Positions 37,901 to 46,918 of a stretch of DNA of 64,000 nucleotides are shown here, one piece after another. The notes under the pieces are model-generated. The model made no database searches and was not told the origin of the DNA. It was given only the letters and a program-made list of their open reading frames with translations. The DNA is from a virus. Location: IMG/VR virus record IMGVR_UViG_3300021138_002231, positions 19,936 through 83,935 of that record. One strand, 5' to 3'. A program made the translations under genes and the position numbers. How positions within the stretch are numbered: the stretch's first letter is position 1; the number at the start of each line of letters is the position of its first letter.

Positions 37901-38737
37901 TGTTAAGGAAGCACCAGTAATAACTAATTCTTTAGCAGACAACGGTTTATTAGAAAAAGCTGTAGTAAAAGTTCCGCTTGACGCATCTGTAAAATCAGTA
38001 TATAGCAATCCGCCGTCATAGCTAATCGTAAACGTATTATCTATTGTTGGACTTGAAAATGTTAAAATTAGTTGATTTTCCACATATGGACTAATAGTTA
38101 TAGTAGAAGGAATGGCTGTATTTGGCATTCCTCCACCTATAGTCCAGTGCAAATGTAAAGCATTTTTTAAATTAGTTAGATTTCCTATTACTAATCCAGG
38201 ATGTGGCGTCGTGAAATTTAAAAATACTTTTGTTCCATCAGCGCTATAGTGAGCATTAACACATTGAATTTCATCAATAATACTATTATTAATTATTTGT
38301 ATTGGAGAACTTGTATTACTCGTATTTATATCAAAGTTACTTAAAAGTCCCGAAGACGTATTAACTGGATTGCTACCTGGAACACTATAGCTTAATTCGA
38401 CAGAATCTGTGTAATAAACAGAAATCCCAGATGTATTTGTAAAAATAATCTGACTGCCAGTTACTGATGATATATTCCAAGTTACAGATTTTGTGACATT
38501 GGCTATATCTTTTACCGTAATGGTAAATCCGTTAGGCCAAGATAAAGAATTAATTATGGTATCAGATAAGTTTAGTGTTAAACTATTACTGTTTACAACG
38601 GCGCTAATGGGATAGGCACCACTCATAGCCTTAAAATCCAAAGAAGACTTAGCATTCTTTTTACTTAAATTCTTAGTATTTTTTTGGACAATTGAATTGT
38701 CTTCAAAATTTTCTGGAGTTGGTATGTTATCGCCCAT
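28901..38737 (-). CDS. Giant repeat protein (3278 aa): SwmB/Ig-like repeats, beta-propeller and PA14 domain
   Basis: Recurring S/T-x-DG-x-x-I-x-(L/V)-x-F ... (L/V)xY units of about 110 aa. PA14 motif WEGYI...YTFYL..SDGARLYIGG.LIIDAW...IRIEYY. Confidence 0.72.
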   Translation of the reverse strand: MGDNIPTPENFEDNSIVQKNTKNLSKKNAKSSLDFKAMSGAYPISAVVNSNSLTLNLSDTIINSLSWPNGFTITVKDIANVTKSVTWNISSVTGSQIIFTNTSGISVYYTDSVELSYSVPGSNPVNTSSGLLSNFDINTSNTSSPIQIINNSIIDEIQCVNAHYSADGTKVFLNFTTPHPGLVIGNLTNLKNALHLHWTIGGGMPNTAIPSTITISPYVENQLILTFSSPTIDNTFTISYDGGLLYTDFTDASSGTFTTAFSNKPLSAKELVITGASLTYASSTYNVNLTLSENINYSSTLPYTGFEIYIDGIKMPYWAFTPSYSINQIQLVLNQNRLIRAGSTLTLFYNKSLSDSVSAYADSSVRLQTLESPISISTTTYGTSYTIPQYAYLQNDKQTIEVIFSDLLSYSGSGAIQGFAVYEYGTDSPISISSTSLNSYPNNDIVTLTLSSLNTGQILYVTYTQPGGSNNLYTGYLGNPLHNFNKDYNNNPICVCFNDHLNGIVSADGTQVTLYSNEISHSSIITGSPFAVYISGSPATYTVPTTIEWANQITLNIVGSPIKASDTITVSYSAPNYYLGLIDERSGMSIQNGSFNMSNLSTVSLLNFSSATTDSAGTSISIYLSTPNPPISKSGTGNPQFTIYKNGSPISVLSYVISNSPAKITASVAALSPSDTLTLSYNHASPYIQDSSSPVQQLQSFTAAPIANVIAPLMASAASSVDGTYIVLTFSDNVTLDNPAGSVQGFTLTVDGVDKTSTISSITKLVDTTKYQFNLSSPIYAQSHLIQLTYNATNSNKTKDIHNSVYLSSSTISVTNSSTSNNLTFNYASITPDGNYIDVVLNTSNTPLSIINPSIINWVIKHGSGFSTTVTPTAQIIKGTTGLDAKTVRLTIPTQSINLTDNYKVTYNSSYGPPNTSNIQDSLGNLLNPSSVNNQKVYNLLNYCASDFVASDNPTSLTYSTIVFTLVNNISSTSGIGVTVNSSPVTPTSVTLSPNSHTLTIQLPILLNDSDVVAIQYTLDSTTDAYVGTTNGFPPYTASFPVINRSRVNSITVNTSSTTSSADGNYIYVHLNSNSSAPNLTAIGTLASCWSVQETVGGSPSSIGVSSATLQGTNNSVVKLTLASSLTPGSTIQATYTDLNSGGRIHDAQTDPGPFSGSPTSPGYGFLTTQTFAVNNAAAPILNTAIVQSSGTQIILTFDADVSPTSPNGFTVNYTPQGGSPTTLNYTIDQTGVALNQYYINITDITNPIIYYKDSVTIGYTIPGTSQVVSAESGTQMATLVTPLSAINSSLQSHLIFDNAYTSNDGSQVLVILNSPVGTTVTGTDLNTAWQVKQGTNVFNVSSVIQYSGDSSGKTIQLNLVSNLVAGGTVTVSYLDSYYVSNPTNPQGTNSNSITNSQTPANKLFAFTNQSVVNNTYPTLSNVVVQNDGRYIHVTLSDFNNVTPNNPDGFTVNINSYVMSGTFGRSTTSVTILTTSVSHPSPDVYVIDLGTPTIYPSDIVTLDYAIGTYPIEDIDSSRQLQGFTGYVAENNSELDRFYVAFAHTGFDNNNYVSESSVDIQFFTEYPGIIPSSGPINGFTLKDNQSNVIATTATYKTSNGNFSSIELSVTSGVLSQSDYYVSYDPTGFTPITNSNSTALHGGTFTDIQVFNNIATSSCAIDGKTITLTYMPDINTVSGLDPDGLYVNVITDSGVTSLDSTQYTLSKASNVYTISLTSYQVDNTKLLYIQYDRPSSGTNYFKGDQHGSNIYTGRELNVDFPPFTYPSCKIQTLNNSLNPIPFINSASTTDDGLYIYVSVYNNYYNLYPHTIGANVEGFFVLENGLPFDISSAKVDSFHSIGLYTQAMTIKLTCVNPTSYNKVYTLGYDSYIGNSHGDNIYNNNVPVNYLPNYDFNVSITNNTSSSNPPYIKTASLQSDGETIIVTMSEYVLPSSPLGFSVVVDGNNVVINSISYSTLNDTYTLSLNVLQPITRNQIVELIYTSASTTSYIYKGSSPAPPYYYLQPTTVFVENNGPVNTAPIFFDAYTSIDGSQIFINFAEVYAPPLTSSSSLNGFGVTVNGSSATITSQTINAPTQILLTLNSSVVHGDEIVVTYNPGNLTDSFIPANSVASFTQPVLNLVSYYNDIFFDPVVWAGLNINPALGDLYENRIGYPVAQVSLDTTPPLGDIIINENPGSGGMQVHHFAVYTDTTPTIPSVTEQLLFNTQYYAFQFASPGVETLASISVKLSISSLASNGSEYIEMYLYSDDFNTVGSRISTSSNQLLFSTLTPSSTEYAFTFTDTLKSNTNYWVVMALSNMPIGNNNPVIILGGHALETGVTAQSEDIINWVYNTGDIPVYLITTSTKTIAEGTIELEDPFGVAIRKAQYFGDATNPGEYELLGINDYRSLTYYFNNPADKISFIEVGVTANKPKNYIIEAKINASDDWSSLFTIIANSATTDYYTYTFSAALSLYAVRMRYKGDYYASNTSAKLSIAATDKLSGVVAAKFSRYSDFRDATDFPGADSSGWVQIEDGLSEFDWNLINSNQTWKLQGASVSGQIKKMIQFGAGIVIATSNKLYLYKTNGNITNTYTVPSANIVINALTIHQNNLYVGLSNGVVLSSNSGANYTTLFTIPNALSIISLTSYNSALFIGTGPNSSGKSSLYYYTNNILSLNRTFNQPYIYALASVGNYLYVALGGVTGLNAGAIYQFDNIQWTLTLTSNTDAVYTLLHATANGKLYAGLSNGYIMQLSFSNGKPQSWSKSYVSDANVFYAMEDDPSGNYFWSATDTGLIGYVANSNTYYPIDSPSIVSGGLMSTWTNSDASNYQYVGIGANQIIVEDGPINWDNTFPSGVNSSYINTVWEGYIQTSTSENYTFYLDISDGARLYIGGELIIDAWKNNSSITEYTGIATMVSGQWTSIRIEYYLGSESHPGIKLYWSSNTISKELVPSTSLGLPNNVRDLAYIGARLFAGIADGNLYILDPSQIGQTERYAYALFKDAAGNVTPLPGYSDDIVQDSPTINGVKISNGTIYQVHADKSTAAIFSSSVSSALYAPDRLIEQQAIYESQPFYAPTLTTWSNISTLAQYPVGATVGNGLMQGTGIKIYVRTGNTRAQCLSADWGSPFDINNITDTISGGTGYITNTFNIATLSGKWLQYKLVMSSASQNFAPIIKNVTLTYSSANASYFFSALFDTSIYSSDISAPQIRRGLLAADYITNGGQVVFGYITDPTAGNTFDFTQYNIITPNTVFELPEASQYIRFAILLVSVGTNPAIVYDWAVMLDDGPVDMNIMDYLYNH

Positions 38738-38819
38738 TTAATAATTCCTGCATAATAAATTGTATTTGAAAATACAACAATACAATTTAAATTATACAAA
38801 AGTTAATTTAATTCCTGGT

Positions 38820-41800
38820 TTAATACGGACTTCTAATTGTGCCTTTTTGACCAGAAACTATTAACGTTCCTTTGTATGAAGATGCGCTTAATGGTCTAAT
38901 TACACCAGTTCCATCGGTTTTTCTCGGATATGGTGGATTTTCATAAACCCAAGTTTGATTATTTGAATCATATATAAACATTTTTGAAGCTCTATCATCA
39001 GGATTATCTGATTTCAATATTTTACTGATGCCATCAGTTAAAGCATAAACAGTACCAAGGTGATTAACCAATTTTCTGACCCCACCAGTAGATGGAAGGC
39101 GTGATTGAAGAGCAAAATTATATATTTTACGAGTAACAGGAGGTATTACACTACCAGTCACGAATTTCATATCGCCATATAACCATACAGAATTGTTTTC
39201 TAAAGGATTGGTTTTGCCAAATCTTATTTGAGCATTTGATGTTGGTAATGTTAAGAAATTAGCAACATCAATAATAGGCGTATCTGTTTTTCCTATCCAT
39301 ACTTTAATATCTCTACCATCGACACCAACTCGTATGGGTGTAATATTATATCTTAAATTTGGTAAAGCATCAGGTTCAACAGTATCAGTTACTACTGCAA
39401 TATAATCTATATACCAGTCTGTGGGCCGATTTTGATCTGTTGGTAAATAAGTTAATGAAAATGATATATCTTTTACCATACCATGCCATTGAGGTGAAAA
39501 TTCATATGTAACAAAACCTAATTCATTAACCAGTGGAGTATCTGTCCAATAATAAAAGTCATTAGCTGAATCAGCAAATTCATTAATTGAAACTTTTAGT
39601 CTAATATTTTCTAAAATATTCTCAAATGGCTCAGAATACAAAGTAGATGTAGAAACTGAATTATTTTCTCTAGGTGTGACTTTCATTCTTATTTTAATTT
39701 TACTTTGTGTATCAATTTTAAACTGATCATGTAAGTTATAAATTACTGGATCATAATCATTATTTATATTAGCATGTAGTGAGCCAGATACATAGTCTAA
39801 ATTATTAATGTATGCGTTAGAAGGTCCTGTATTTTCCCCAGCCCAATTTGTGCTAGAAGCAGTAGATGTTGTATCATTAGGGTAAAATGGCCCATAATTT
39901 GATAGTGAATTAGAGCCATTAAAATTCCACATAATATAATTGCCAGAAGTTGGCATTTGTTCATCACTCACTGAAAATGATGTTATAGGTGAAACTGGGG
40001 TTATGTTAGACACTCCAAATTGATAAGAATATTGATTGTCACCGCTCGTAATGATTATATCAGAAGGTGATAACTGAACATCATAATACCAATATCCATC
40101 GCTAATTTGAAAACCTTGTCTATTTGGCGTTGAGGATATAGTATTTGATGTATTGTAATACATCATGCCTAATTCAAATGTATATTGTGGCTTGCTAAAT
40201 AGAATTGGGCTTACTCCTACGGTCCCAGAAGTGGTTGTTAGCCAAGTTGTTGAATATTGAGTATCTCCTTTTTCTACATATACACCAGTATTTACACCGA
40301 ATGAATTTGAAGAAGGTAGTTCACTTGCTCTAGTCCAGGAACCACTTGCAGCCAAATATACACCATTTTGTATTGGATTAGTTTGATTTTTAACTAAAAT
40401 TCTTGTTCCAACAACACTTACATAAAAACCGTCTATTGTTTGATTAAGTCCTGATAGACTAATGTTTTCTGTTGTTGCACAGATTACGTTAATAACAGCA
40501 TTAGATGGTAAATTTTTAGATATGGTTTGTTCCCAGTCAGAACCAGTATTGGCAGTCAACGTGACAATAGAATTAGTATTTGTGCCACTATTAATTTTTA
40601 ATGCATTAATATTACTTGGTGTAATATCATTATTATTTGTTTGAACAGTCGTAATTGCATTATTAAGGGGATCATTAGTAAAGCTAATATATGGTTGCCA
40701 AGGATTTTTATATGAATTTTGTACTACCCATTTTTCTTTAGCTTGTGGTTCAATCATCTTTTCATAATATGTCCATATTTCAGGTCTATCTCCAATACCT
40801 GCGAATATTTGTTTGCCGCTTGTAATTAAAGTAGAAACAGGAATACTATCACTGTTAATTGATCCTATTCTTGTATTAATTAAATCGATTTCATTTAAAG
40901 TTTCAATCACTTCGTTTTGATCTAATATTCGTCTATATGTTAAAATCTTGCTTTGATTCGTTCCAATAAATAATTTATCATATGCACTTGTTGCACATGT
41001 GATATCGCCACTACTTGTAGCTAAAAATCCCGTATATGAAACTAATTCCCAAGAACTACTATTAATAGCCAGATGAGTTGGCGCTCTAAATAATCTAGGT
41101 ACATTAGATGTACCAGCATAAATATAAGAAATGTTATTAGAAGCATAAATGTCTTCAAAATTAATATCTGTCAATGATGTGTTATTTGAATAGTATTTCT
41201 CAATTTGGAACTGATGTTCAGTTAGCATTGTTACTGGTAAGGACGTATTATTGCTTGAACATGTAAAAACAGGTCCATTAATAACTTTACCATCACAGGC
41301 ATAAATATTACCTTTATTTGTACCAATATATAAATAATTATCTGTTGGAAGCATTGATAATATAGCTTTTTCGCCTTTATATCCAAGATCAGCCACACTA
41401 AATACATTCATTCCATCCCAAGCCCATAATTGCGCGGAGTCTCTAATTACAGTAACTGTTGGATAAGGCGATTGAGGTGCATCAAACACTATTAATCCTC
41501 TAACTGAATCAATGGTAAATGTAGCTGAGTTAGATACAGTAACTCTATCTGTGCTTCTAAATAAAATTTTACTTCCATACGGTGATATAGCGTAAAATGC
41601 TGTATTACCAGCATATGTACTATCATTAGAATTTATCAAAGAATAGTTATTGTATTCATAGTGTTTAATGGCAGAAAAGTAAAGTACATTATTCCATTCA
41701 GTAGAATCAATAAATAATACATTGCGATCAGAAGCATTATAGAGCATTTCTGTTAAAGAATCCGCTTCCATAACATTATTACCGTAATCTCTAAATTGCA

Positions 41801-44800
41801 CTTCTATTCTTTTAATTCCATCTTCACTATTTGCAAATGAATAAGGCAGATATTCTGAGTTAGGTATCCAATAATTAGACCATGTATTTGATGATCCAGG
41901 AGCATATTCTCTGTATCTAAAATCTTTGACATCAGTAACATCATCTACGCCATTAATTTTAAGCCAAGATTTTTGTTGATTAATTAATTCGATTGGTGAT
42001 CCATCCATTCCACTTACAAATTGGATACTTCCTCGTGGTGGAACGGTATCAATTAAAGCAATTTTTTGCTCCAGTAATGTAATAGGGTTTGTTTCCGTGA
42101 TATTGCCAGCTTGGTCAGCTATTTGTACCCATACTTTTCTTGACCCGCTGTAACCATCTAAATCTGTATTAAGATAGCATGTGTATGTGCCCAATTCAGA
42201 AATAGTTAAAGAATTCCAATTAAGCCAAGGAGTAAACATTAATGTATTGTGAGATTCTCTCACAATACGAAAAGCCAATAGTCCAGAATCTTGATCTATA
42301 GCTGTTATGGTTAATTGAGCTTGATTAACAGATGGAGCTAAATTATAGATGTAACTTAAGGTTGGTGTTGCATTACTATTGTCTTTTATAGGTGGCAAAA
42401 TATCTACAAGAGTTTGATTTGACAAATTACTAAATTGGCTACTTATTCGAGCATGAGTATCTGCCGCGATTCGTGATTGCAAAACAGATAAATGACTAGT
42501 ATTACTGTGTCTTTCTGAATATTCAGAAAACAATTTATACCACACGCCATCAACCAAATTCATGTGATTATTTAAAACTGTGATTGTATTAGGTTTTAAA
42601 ATATTTGCGGCATATAATTCATATCCAAATGGAATTTGTATTGCGACCCAAACAGAACTGCCAATTTCAACACTTGATAAATTAATATCATTAATTTGAA
42701 CAAGATTATTATTTGGAGATGTTTGCCCATAAATCCAACCAGTTAATGGAGATAAAGTACCATTAATATCTCCACTATAAAATCTGACAGCGGGTGATAA
42801 TCCAGGATATAATTCTTGAATCTTTTTAATCTTAAATTCTAATAAATTGGCGGTTAATGTTAATATATTATTTACATCTATATCTAAAATCATATTTGTA
42901 AAATAAACATTGCTAATAACTTTGTTTTCCAAATATGTATTGATATACCATGACGTTGAACCATATATATCGCCATATTGAACTTTTATTAATCCGTCAG
43001 TAAAAGATTGAATTTTATTAAAAGCATAATGATAAAGTCCAGATGTTTCTGTTAAAATATATTGATATATTCCATCCCCATAAACATAGAAATAATCGGC
43101 AGGATTTAGAGTATATCCATCAATAATAAAAGGCTGTATTATGCTGCCATCTTGATCTATTATTTCTGGAACTATATCCGACATACATGTGACATTCCAA
43201 ATAAAGTCTTCATATGAATAGTGTGGATTGCCAGAAATATAAGCCGCATAATAATTGGAGCTTCCATCATAAAAATAGTATCCATAATAATTGTCAGAAA
43301 TTATATCTCCCATAGACTGGACTATAGTAGATTGTTCTGTGTTCACAATTAATCCCGCATATGCTTTATATAATATGCGATTAGTATTTTCATATAATAA
43401 ATAATCACCTTCTTGTAAAGGTCTAAATTTTGTATTTGCTGGCAAAGTATTAGCTATATAATTATTAATATCACTGATGGTTGTTACGCCTGGTTCTATA
43501 GCATAATTGGTAGTTAATGCTAAAGGCACACCAACAGATTTAATATTTCCATAATAAACATCATTTTCTTCAGTTAATGAAGAAATTAATGTTTGCCCTA
43601 AATATCTTTTTTGATATGTTAACCCGCTATTTGATTTAGTAAAATGTTTGATATTAACCTGTTCTTCTTTATTAAAAGAAGTCACAGGCAATATTCCGCT
43701 TGATCTAAATTGATAAACATTATAGTTGATGGAACCATTATTTGTTGACCCGCCAAACCCAACATACCATCCCAGGCCAGAAGTTGCATTTGCCGAAAAA
43801 GCAGGAATAAATTCCGTAGATGTAATTACATTTCCTGTAGTAGAATCATCAATTTCCAAATAAATGAAACTGCCATCAATATTGTTATCCAATTTATGTT
43901 TCAATAGTTGAACATTAACAGTAAAGTTTGTCAATTTAAAATTATTAATCTGCTTGGTGTAAATTGTATGATTATTATTTCTTTGTGTAATAAAAATTCC
44001 ATTTTTTGATGAAGAAAATACAATTTCTAATATGTCCGATAGAGGTTCGGACATATTTTCATTAATGTCGATAACATTATAAAATTTATTATTTGTAAAG
44101 AATATATAAAAATCACCAGATGTAATATTAACATTCAAAGTTACATTAGCATTTTCTGAATAAGTAGGTTGATTACATAGTAAATTAATTGAAAGCAATG
44201 AATCAATACTGCTAGTTGTGCTATTAACATTTATATATTTTCTATATGGTGTAATTGTGCTTCCAGATAAAAATTCCGAATATGTAGGTTTGTCATTTTT
44301 ATTAACTGTCCAATCGCCATTGTTATAGCTTGTAATCCAGTCATAATCATACCCTGTTATATTCACAACAGATTGATTTCTTTGCAAAACCCCATCTTGA
44401 TTACAATCACCTAAATCAACTCCCAATAAAAATTTTCCTTGTGCTTGAACCAATTCATTAACAACAAATTCTGCATCATTATTAATTGAAGAAACAGCGA
44501 TTGATCCAGATAAAGTATTAAATGTTTCAATATTATATGCATTTATTAATTTAATACTTTCTGTTTTTCTAGAATCAGGTGTGAAATAAGCAGATATATA
44601 TTTACCGTTTTGTATATATATTTCAAAAATTCCACCAGACAATATGTCCTGATAAATTGTTTCAGGTAATATTAAATTCTGTATATTTGATATAACAAAG
44701 GAATATTTCTTATATAACGTTGTTGTATATAATTTTGTTTCTGGATTTAAATCAATATCTATATAATAATATGAACTAGGTATTGTGCTTCCAGATGGCA

Positions 44801-45848
44801 ATGTCTGTCCAAATTGCAATCTAATGTTTAAATGTGTTGTATTAGCAGTATTTCCAAAATTCATACTGACTTGAAAAGCAAAATCTGGAGCATTTTGATT
44901 TGTTAAATCACATTGTTCGGTTGCATAAATTGCTGCGCCTCGGCTGTAAGAGGATGTTAATGGAATTATTAAATTGCTTCCCACTACTACAGAGGAGCCT
45001 GTATCAGTTGAAATTGTTTTGCTGGAATAATCATATTTATATCCAGTATATGTTAATGCGGTATTTTGTGCTAAAACTGAAGGAGCCAAGGACCTATACA
45101 CATTAGAAGAATTCCCCAAAGTTGATTGTAGGAAATATTGTGAATTAGTAAAATCATATCTTACTTCTAAAATATCTCCCAAATATCTCGAAATACCTGT
45201 TCTATATATGCTATCTGATAAATCTTCAGATGATCTAAAAAACCATGTGGAGTCTTTACCAGTGTAATTACTATTTATATTAGATTCCAATTCTGGTATC
45301 CCAGGAGTTGATGGAGGATATGCTTGCCATAATATTTCACCATATCCTCCATAATTATCAGGATATGTACCATAATTATCACTTGTGTCTTTTACTATTA
45401 TTTGATAATAAACTTTAGACAATCCACCTTCGGCAGACAAAGGCCAATTATTTACAATAAATTTACCAGTTCCAGCCTGTTCTGTAAATAACCCCATTTC
45501 TAAAGAATTATTTAAATTGCCTTGACGTGTATATTCAGGATTGAAAGTAAAAATATAATCAAAATTACTATTATAGGAAGTTCCATTAGGCCAGTTGGTT
45601 ATTTCAAATACTGATGGAACATCAAAACTTGGATCATTACTAATTTTCAAAGAAACAATTTGTTTTAGTGTTACCTGTTCTCTGGTTTCTGTATTTAATA
45701 AAGAAATATCAAATACTAAAGAATGCAAATTTGTATTTATATTTAAATCATCATTTACATTACTAGTAGCATAAATATTGCCATAATCCAATAAATTATT
45801 TTGGAAAAATGATGAAGCAGAAGTATTTAATAGAACTTTAATAGCCAT
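38820..45848 (-). CDS. Giant virion/tail-associated protein (2342 aa)
   Basis: Two tandem Ig-like repeats (D..GN.....DT.PP.G), beta-propeller blades, and tail-fibre motif ATTENISLSG..TIDG...ILVKNQTNPIQNGVY...WTRA. Confidence 0.7.
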   Translation of the reverse strand: MAIKVLLNTSASSFFQNNLLDYGNIYATSNVNDDLNINTNLHSLVFDISLLNTETREQVTLKQIVSLKISNDPSFDVPSVFEITNWPNGTSYNSNFDYIFTFNPEYTRQGNLNNSLEMGLFTEQAGTGKFIVNNWPLSAEGGLSKVYYQIIVKDTSDNYGTYPDNYGGYGEILWQAYPPSTPGIPELESNINSNYTGKDSTWFFRSSEDLSDSIYRTGISRYLGDILEVRYDFTNSQYFLQSTLGNSSNVYRSLAPSVLAQNTALTYTGYKYDYSSKTISTDTGSSVVVGSNLIIPLTSSYSRGAAIYATEQCDLTNQNAPDFAFQVSMNFGNTANTTHLNIRLQFGQTLPSGSTIPSSYYYIDIDLNPETKLYTTTLYKKYSFVISNIQNLILPETIYQDILSGGIFEIYIQNGKYISAYFTPDSRKTESIKLINAYNIETFNTLSGSIAVSSINNDAEFVVNELVQAQGKFLLGVDLGDCNQDGVLQRNQSVVNITGYDYDWITSYNNGDWTVNKNDKPTYSEFLSGSTITPYRKYINVNSTTSSIDSLLSINLLCNQPTYSENANVTLNVNITSGDFYIFFTNNKFYNVIDINENMSEPLSDILEIVFSSSKNGIFITQRNNNHTIYTKQINNFKLTNFTVNVQLLKHKLDNNIDGSFIYLEIDDSTTGNVITSTEFIPAFSANATSGLGWYVGFGGSTNNGSINYNVYQFRSSGILPVTSFNKEEQVNIKHFTKSNSGLTYQKRYLGQTLISSLTEENDVYYGNIKSVGVPLALTTNYAIEPGVTTISDINNYIANTLPANTKFRPLQEGDYLLYENTNRILYKAYAGLIVNTEQSTIVQSMGDIISDNYYGYYFYDGSSNYYAAYISGNPHYSYEDFIWNVTCMSDIVPEIIDQDGSIIQPFIIDGYTLNPADYFYVYGDGIYQYILTETSGLYHYAFNKIQSFTDGLIKVQYGDIYGSTSWYINTYLENKVISNVYFTNMILDIDVNNILTLTANLLEFKIKKIQELYPGLSPAVRFYSGDINGTLSPLTGWIYGQTSPNNNLVQINDINLSSVEIGSSVWVAIQIPFGYELYAANILKPNTITVLNNHMNLVDGVWYKLFSEYSERHSNTSHLSVLQSRIAADTHARISSQFSNLSNQTLVDILPPIKDNSNATPTLSYIYNLAPSVNQAQLTITAIDQDSGLLAFRIVRESHNTLMFTPWLNWNSLTISELGTYTCYLNTDLDGYSGSRKVWVQIADQAGNITETNPITLLEQKIALIDTVPPRGSIQFVSGMDGSPIELINQQKSWLKINGVDDVTDVKDFRYREYAPGSSNTWSNYWIPNSEYLPYSFANSEDGIKRIEVQFRDYGNNVMEADSLTEMLYNASDRNVLFIDSTEWNNVLYFSAIKHYEYNNYSLINSNDSTYAGNTAFYAISPYGSKILFRSTDRVTVSNSATFTIDSVRGLIVFDAPQSPYPTVTVIRDSAQLWAWDGMNVFSVADLGYKGEKAILSMLPTDNYLYIGTNKGNIYACDGKVINGPVFTCSSNNTSLPVTMLTEHQFQIEKYYSNNTSLTDINFEDIYASNNISYIYAGTSNVPRLFRAPTHLAINSSSWELVSYTGFLATSSGDITCATSAYDKLFIGTNQSKILTYRRILDQNEVIETLNEIDLINTRIGSINSDSIPVSTLITSGKQIFAGIGDRPEIWTYYEKMIEPQAKEKWVVQNSYKNPWQPYISFTNDPLNNAITTVQTNNNDITPSNINALKINSGTNTNSIVTLTANTGSDWEQTISKNLPSNAVINVICATTENISLSGLNQTIDGFYVSVVGTRILVKNQTNPIQNGVYLAASGSWTRASELPSSNSFGVNTGVYVEKGDTQYSTTWLTTTSGTVGVSPILFSKPQYTFELGMMYYNTSNTISSTPNRQGFQISDGYWYYDVQLSPSDIIITSGDNQYSYQFGVSNITPVSPITSFSVSDEQMPTSGNYIMWNFNGSNSLSNYGPFYPNDTTSTASSTNWAGENTGPSNAYINNLDYVSGSLHANINNDYDPVIYNLHDQFKIDTQSKIKIRMKVTPRENNSVSTSTLYSEPFENILENIRLKVSINEFADSANDFYYWTDTPLVNELGFVTYEFSPQWHGMVKDISFSLTYLPTDQNRPTDWYIDYIAVVTDTVEPDALPNLRYNITPIRVGVDGRDIKVWIGKTDTPIIDVANFLTLPTSNAQIRFGKTNPLENNSVWLYGDMKFVTGSVIPPVTRKIYNFALQSRLPSTGGVRKLVNHLGTVYALTDGISKILKSDNPDDRASKMFIYDSNNQTWVYENPPYPRKTDGTGVIRPLSASSYKGTLIVSGQKGTIRSPY

Positions 45849-45851
45849 AGT

Positions 45852-46880
45852 TTATTCATCAAGATTTGTATCTTTTACCTCTTCGGTTAGTTGTTCAGAA
45901 AAAGCATGCATTTCAGAATCTGAAGACACAATAACATTTTCATATATAAAATCATCTGTTGTCAAAGCGTTACCAGAAGCGCTTACAGTAAATCCCATAT
46001 TAAGCATACGTTGTACAGTGAATGGTGCTGAAACATACATATAACAAAATCCATCTACATAATTAATTGTATCTTGTCTATGAAATTCATACTCAGCAAA
46101 ACTTTGATTATCATTAAATGCTTGCATGGTAATGATTTTTGGAGGTTGAAGTAAATCAAACCCATCAGGTAATGCTATATAAAGATTACAATTATTACTT
46201 ATATCATATCCTGACCCAGTTAATGGCACAGAACCATCATAATTAATCTTAAAATATATTTTTCTTGATTCTTTTGGTTTAGATGGATTAGATTCAAATG
46301 CAGCAGGCATGGTAGAAACAACTTGTGTGCCCAATCTGTAAGGTCTTAAAGTAGTATATTCGGAATCATCATATAATTGTATAGAAAACTCAGGTATTTT
46401 TTGATTGTATGTAATATATAGTCTATTTGAAATAGTTAGTAAAGAAAACAATCTTTTAGGATTATAATTTTCAATATATAATGTTGAATGCATATTTTTT
46501 AAAGTAACTAAAATATTATTGTTTGCATCCAATGCTAATGTGCAGTCTTCCGTATTAATCTCATATTTTTTATTATTTATTTCAAAAACAATCGAATTAT
46601 TATCTAAATTTAAATTACTTACATTGCTCAATGAAATTGCCGTTACGAATGGAAAAGTTGTATCTTTACTAAATACAATTCTGACTTTATCTCCGTCATT
46701 TAATATGTAAGCTTTAATTTCATTTGATTTAATCCAAAAAGCCAATTTGTCATTTTTAGCCCCGATAAAAGCATTATCTGGAGCTGATTCAAATAAAACA
46801 TTTGTATTAGTTTCATTATCTGTAACTAATACAAATCCAGAAGAATATTTTTTATCATATTTAATAGATAGTTTTGACAT
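45852..46880 (-). CDS. Hypothetical protein (342 aa) in the structural cluster
   Basis: Long ORF, 3 nt from the next gene, with TGTATAAT upstream. Confidence 0.8.
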   Translation of the reverse strand: MSKLSIKYDKKYSSGFVLVTDNETNTNVLFESAPDNAFIGAKNDKLAFWIKSNEIKAYILNDGDKVRIVFSKDTTFPFVTAISLSNVSNLNLDNNSIVFEINNKKYEINTEDCTLALDANNNILVTLKNMHSTLYIENYNPKRLFSLLTISNRLYITYNQKIPEFSIQLYDDSEYTTLRPYRLGTQVVSTMPAAFESNPSKPKESRKIYFKINYDGSVPLTGSGYDISNNCNLYIALPDGFDLLQPPKIITMQAFNDNQSFAEYEFHRQDTINYVDGFCYMYVSAPFTVQRMLNMGFTVSASGNALTTDDFIYENVIVSSDSEMHAFSEQLTEEVKDTNLDE

Positions 46881-46918
46881 AATTTTACCATTTGTTATTA
46901 ATAGATATTATACACGCT

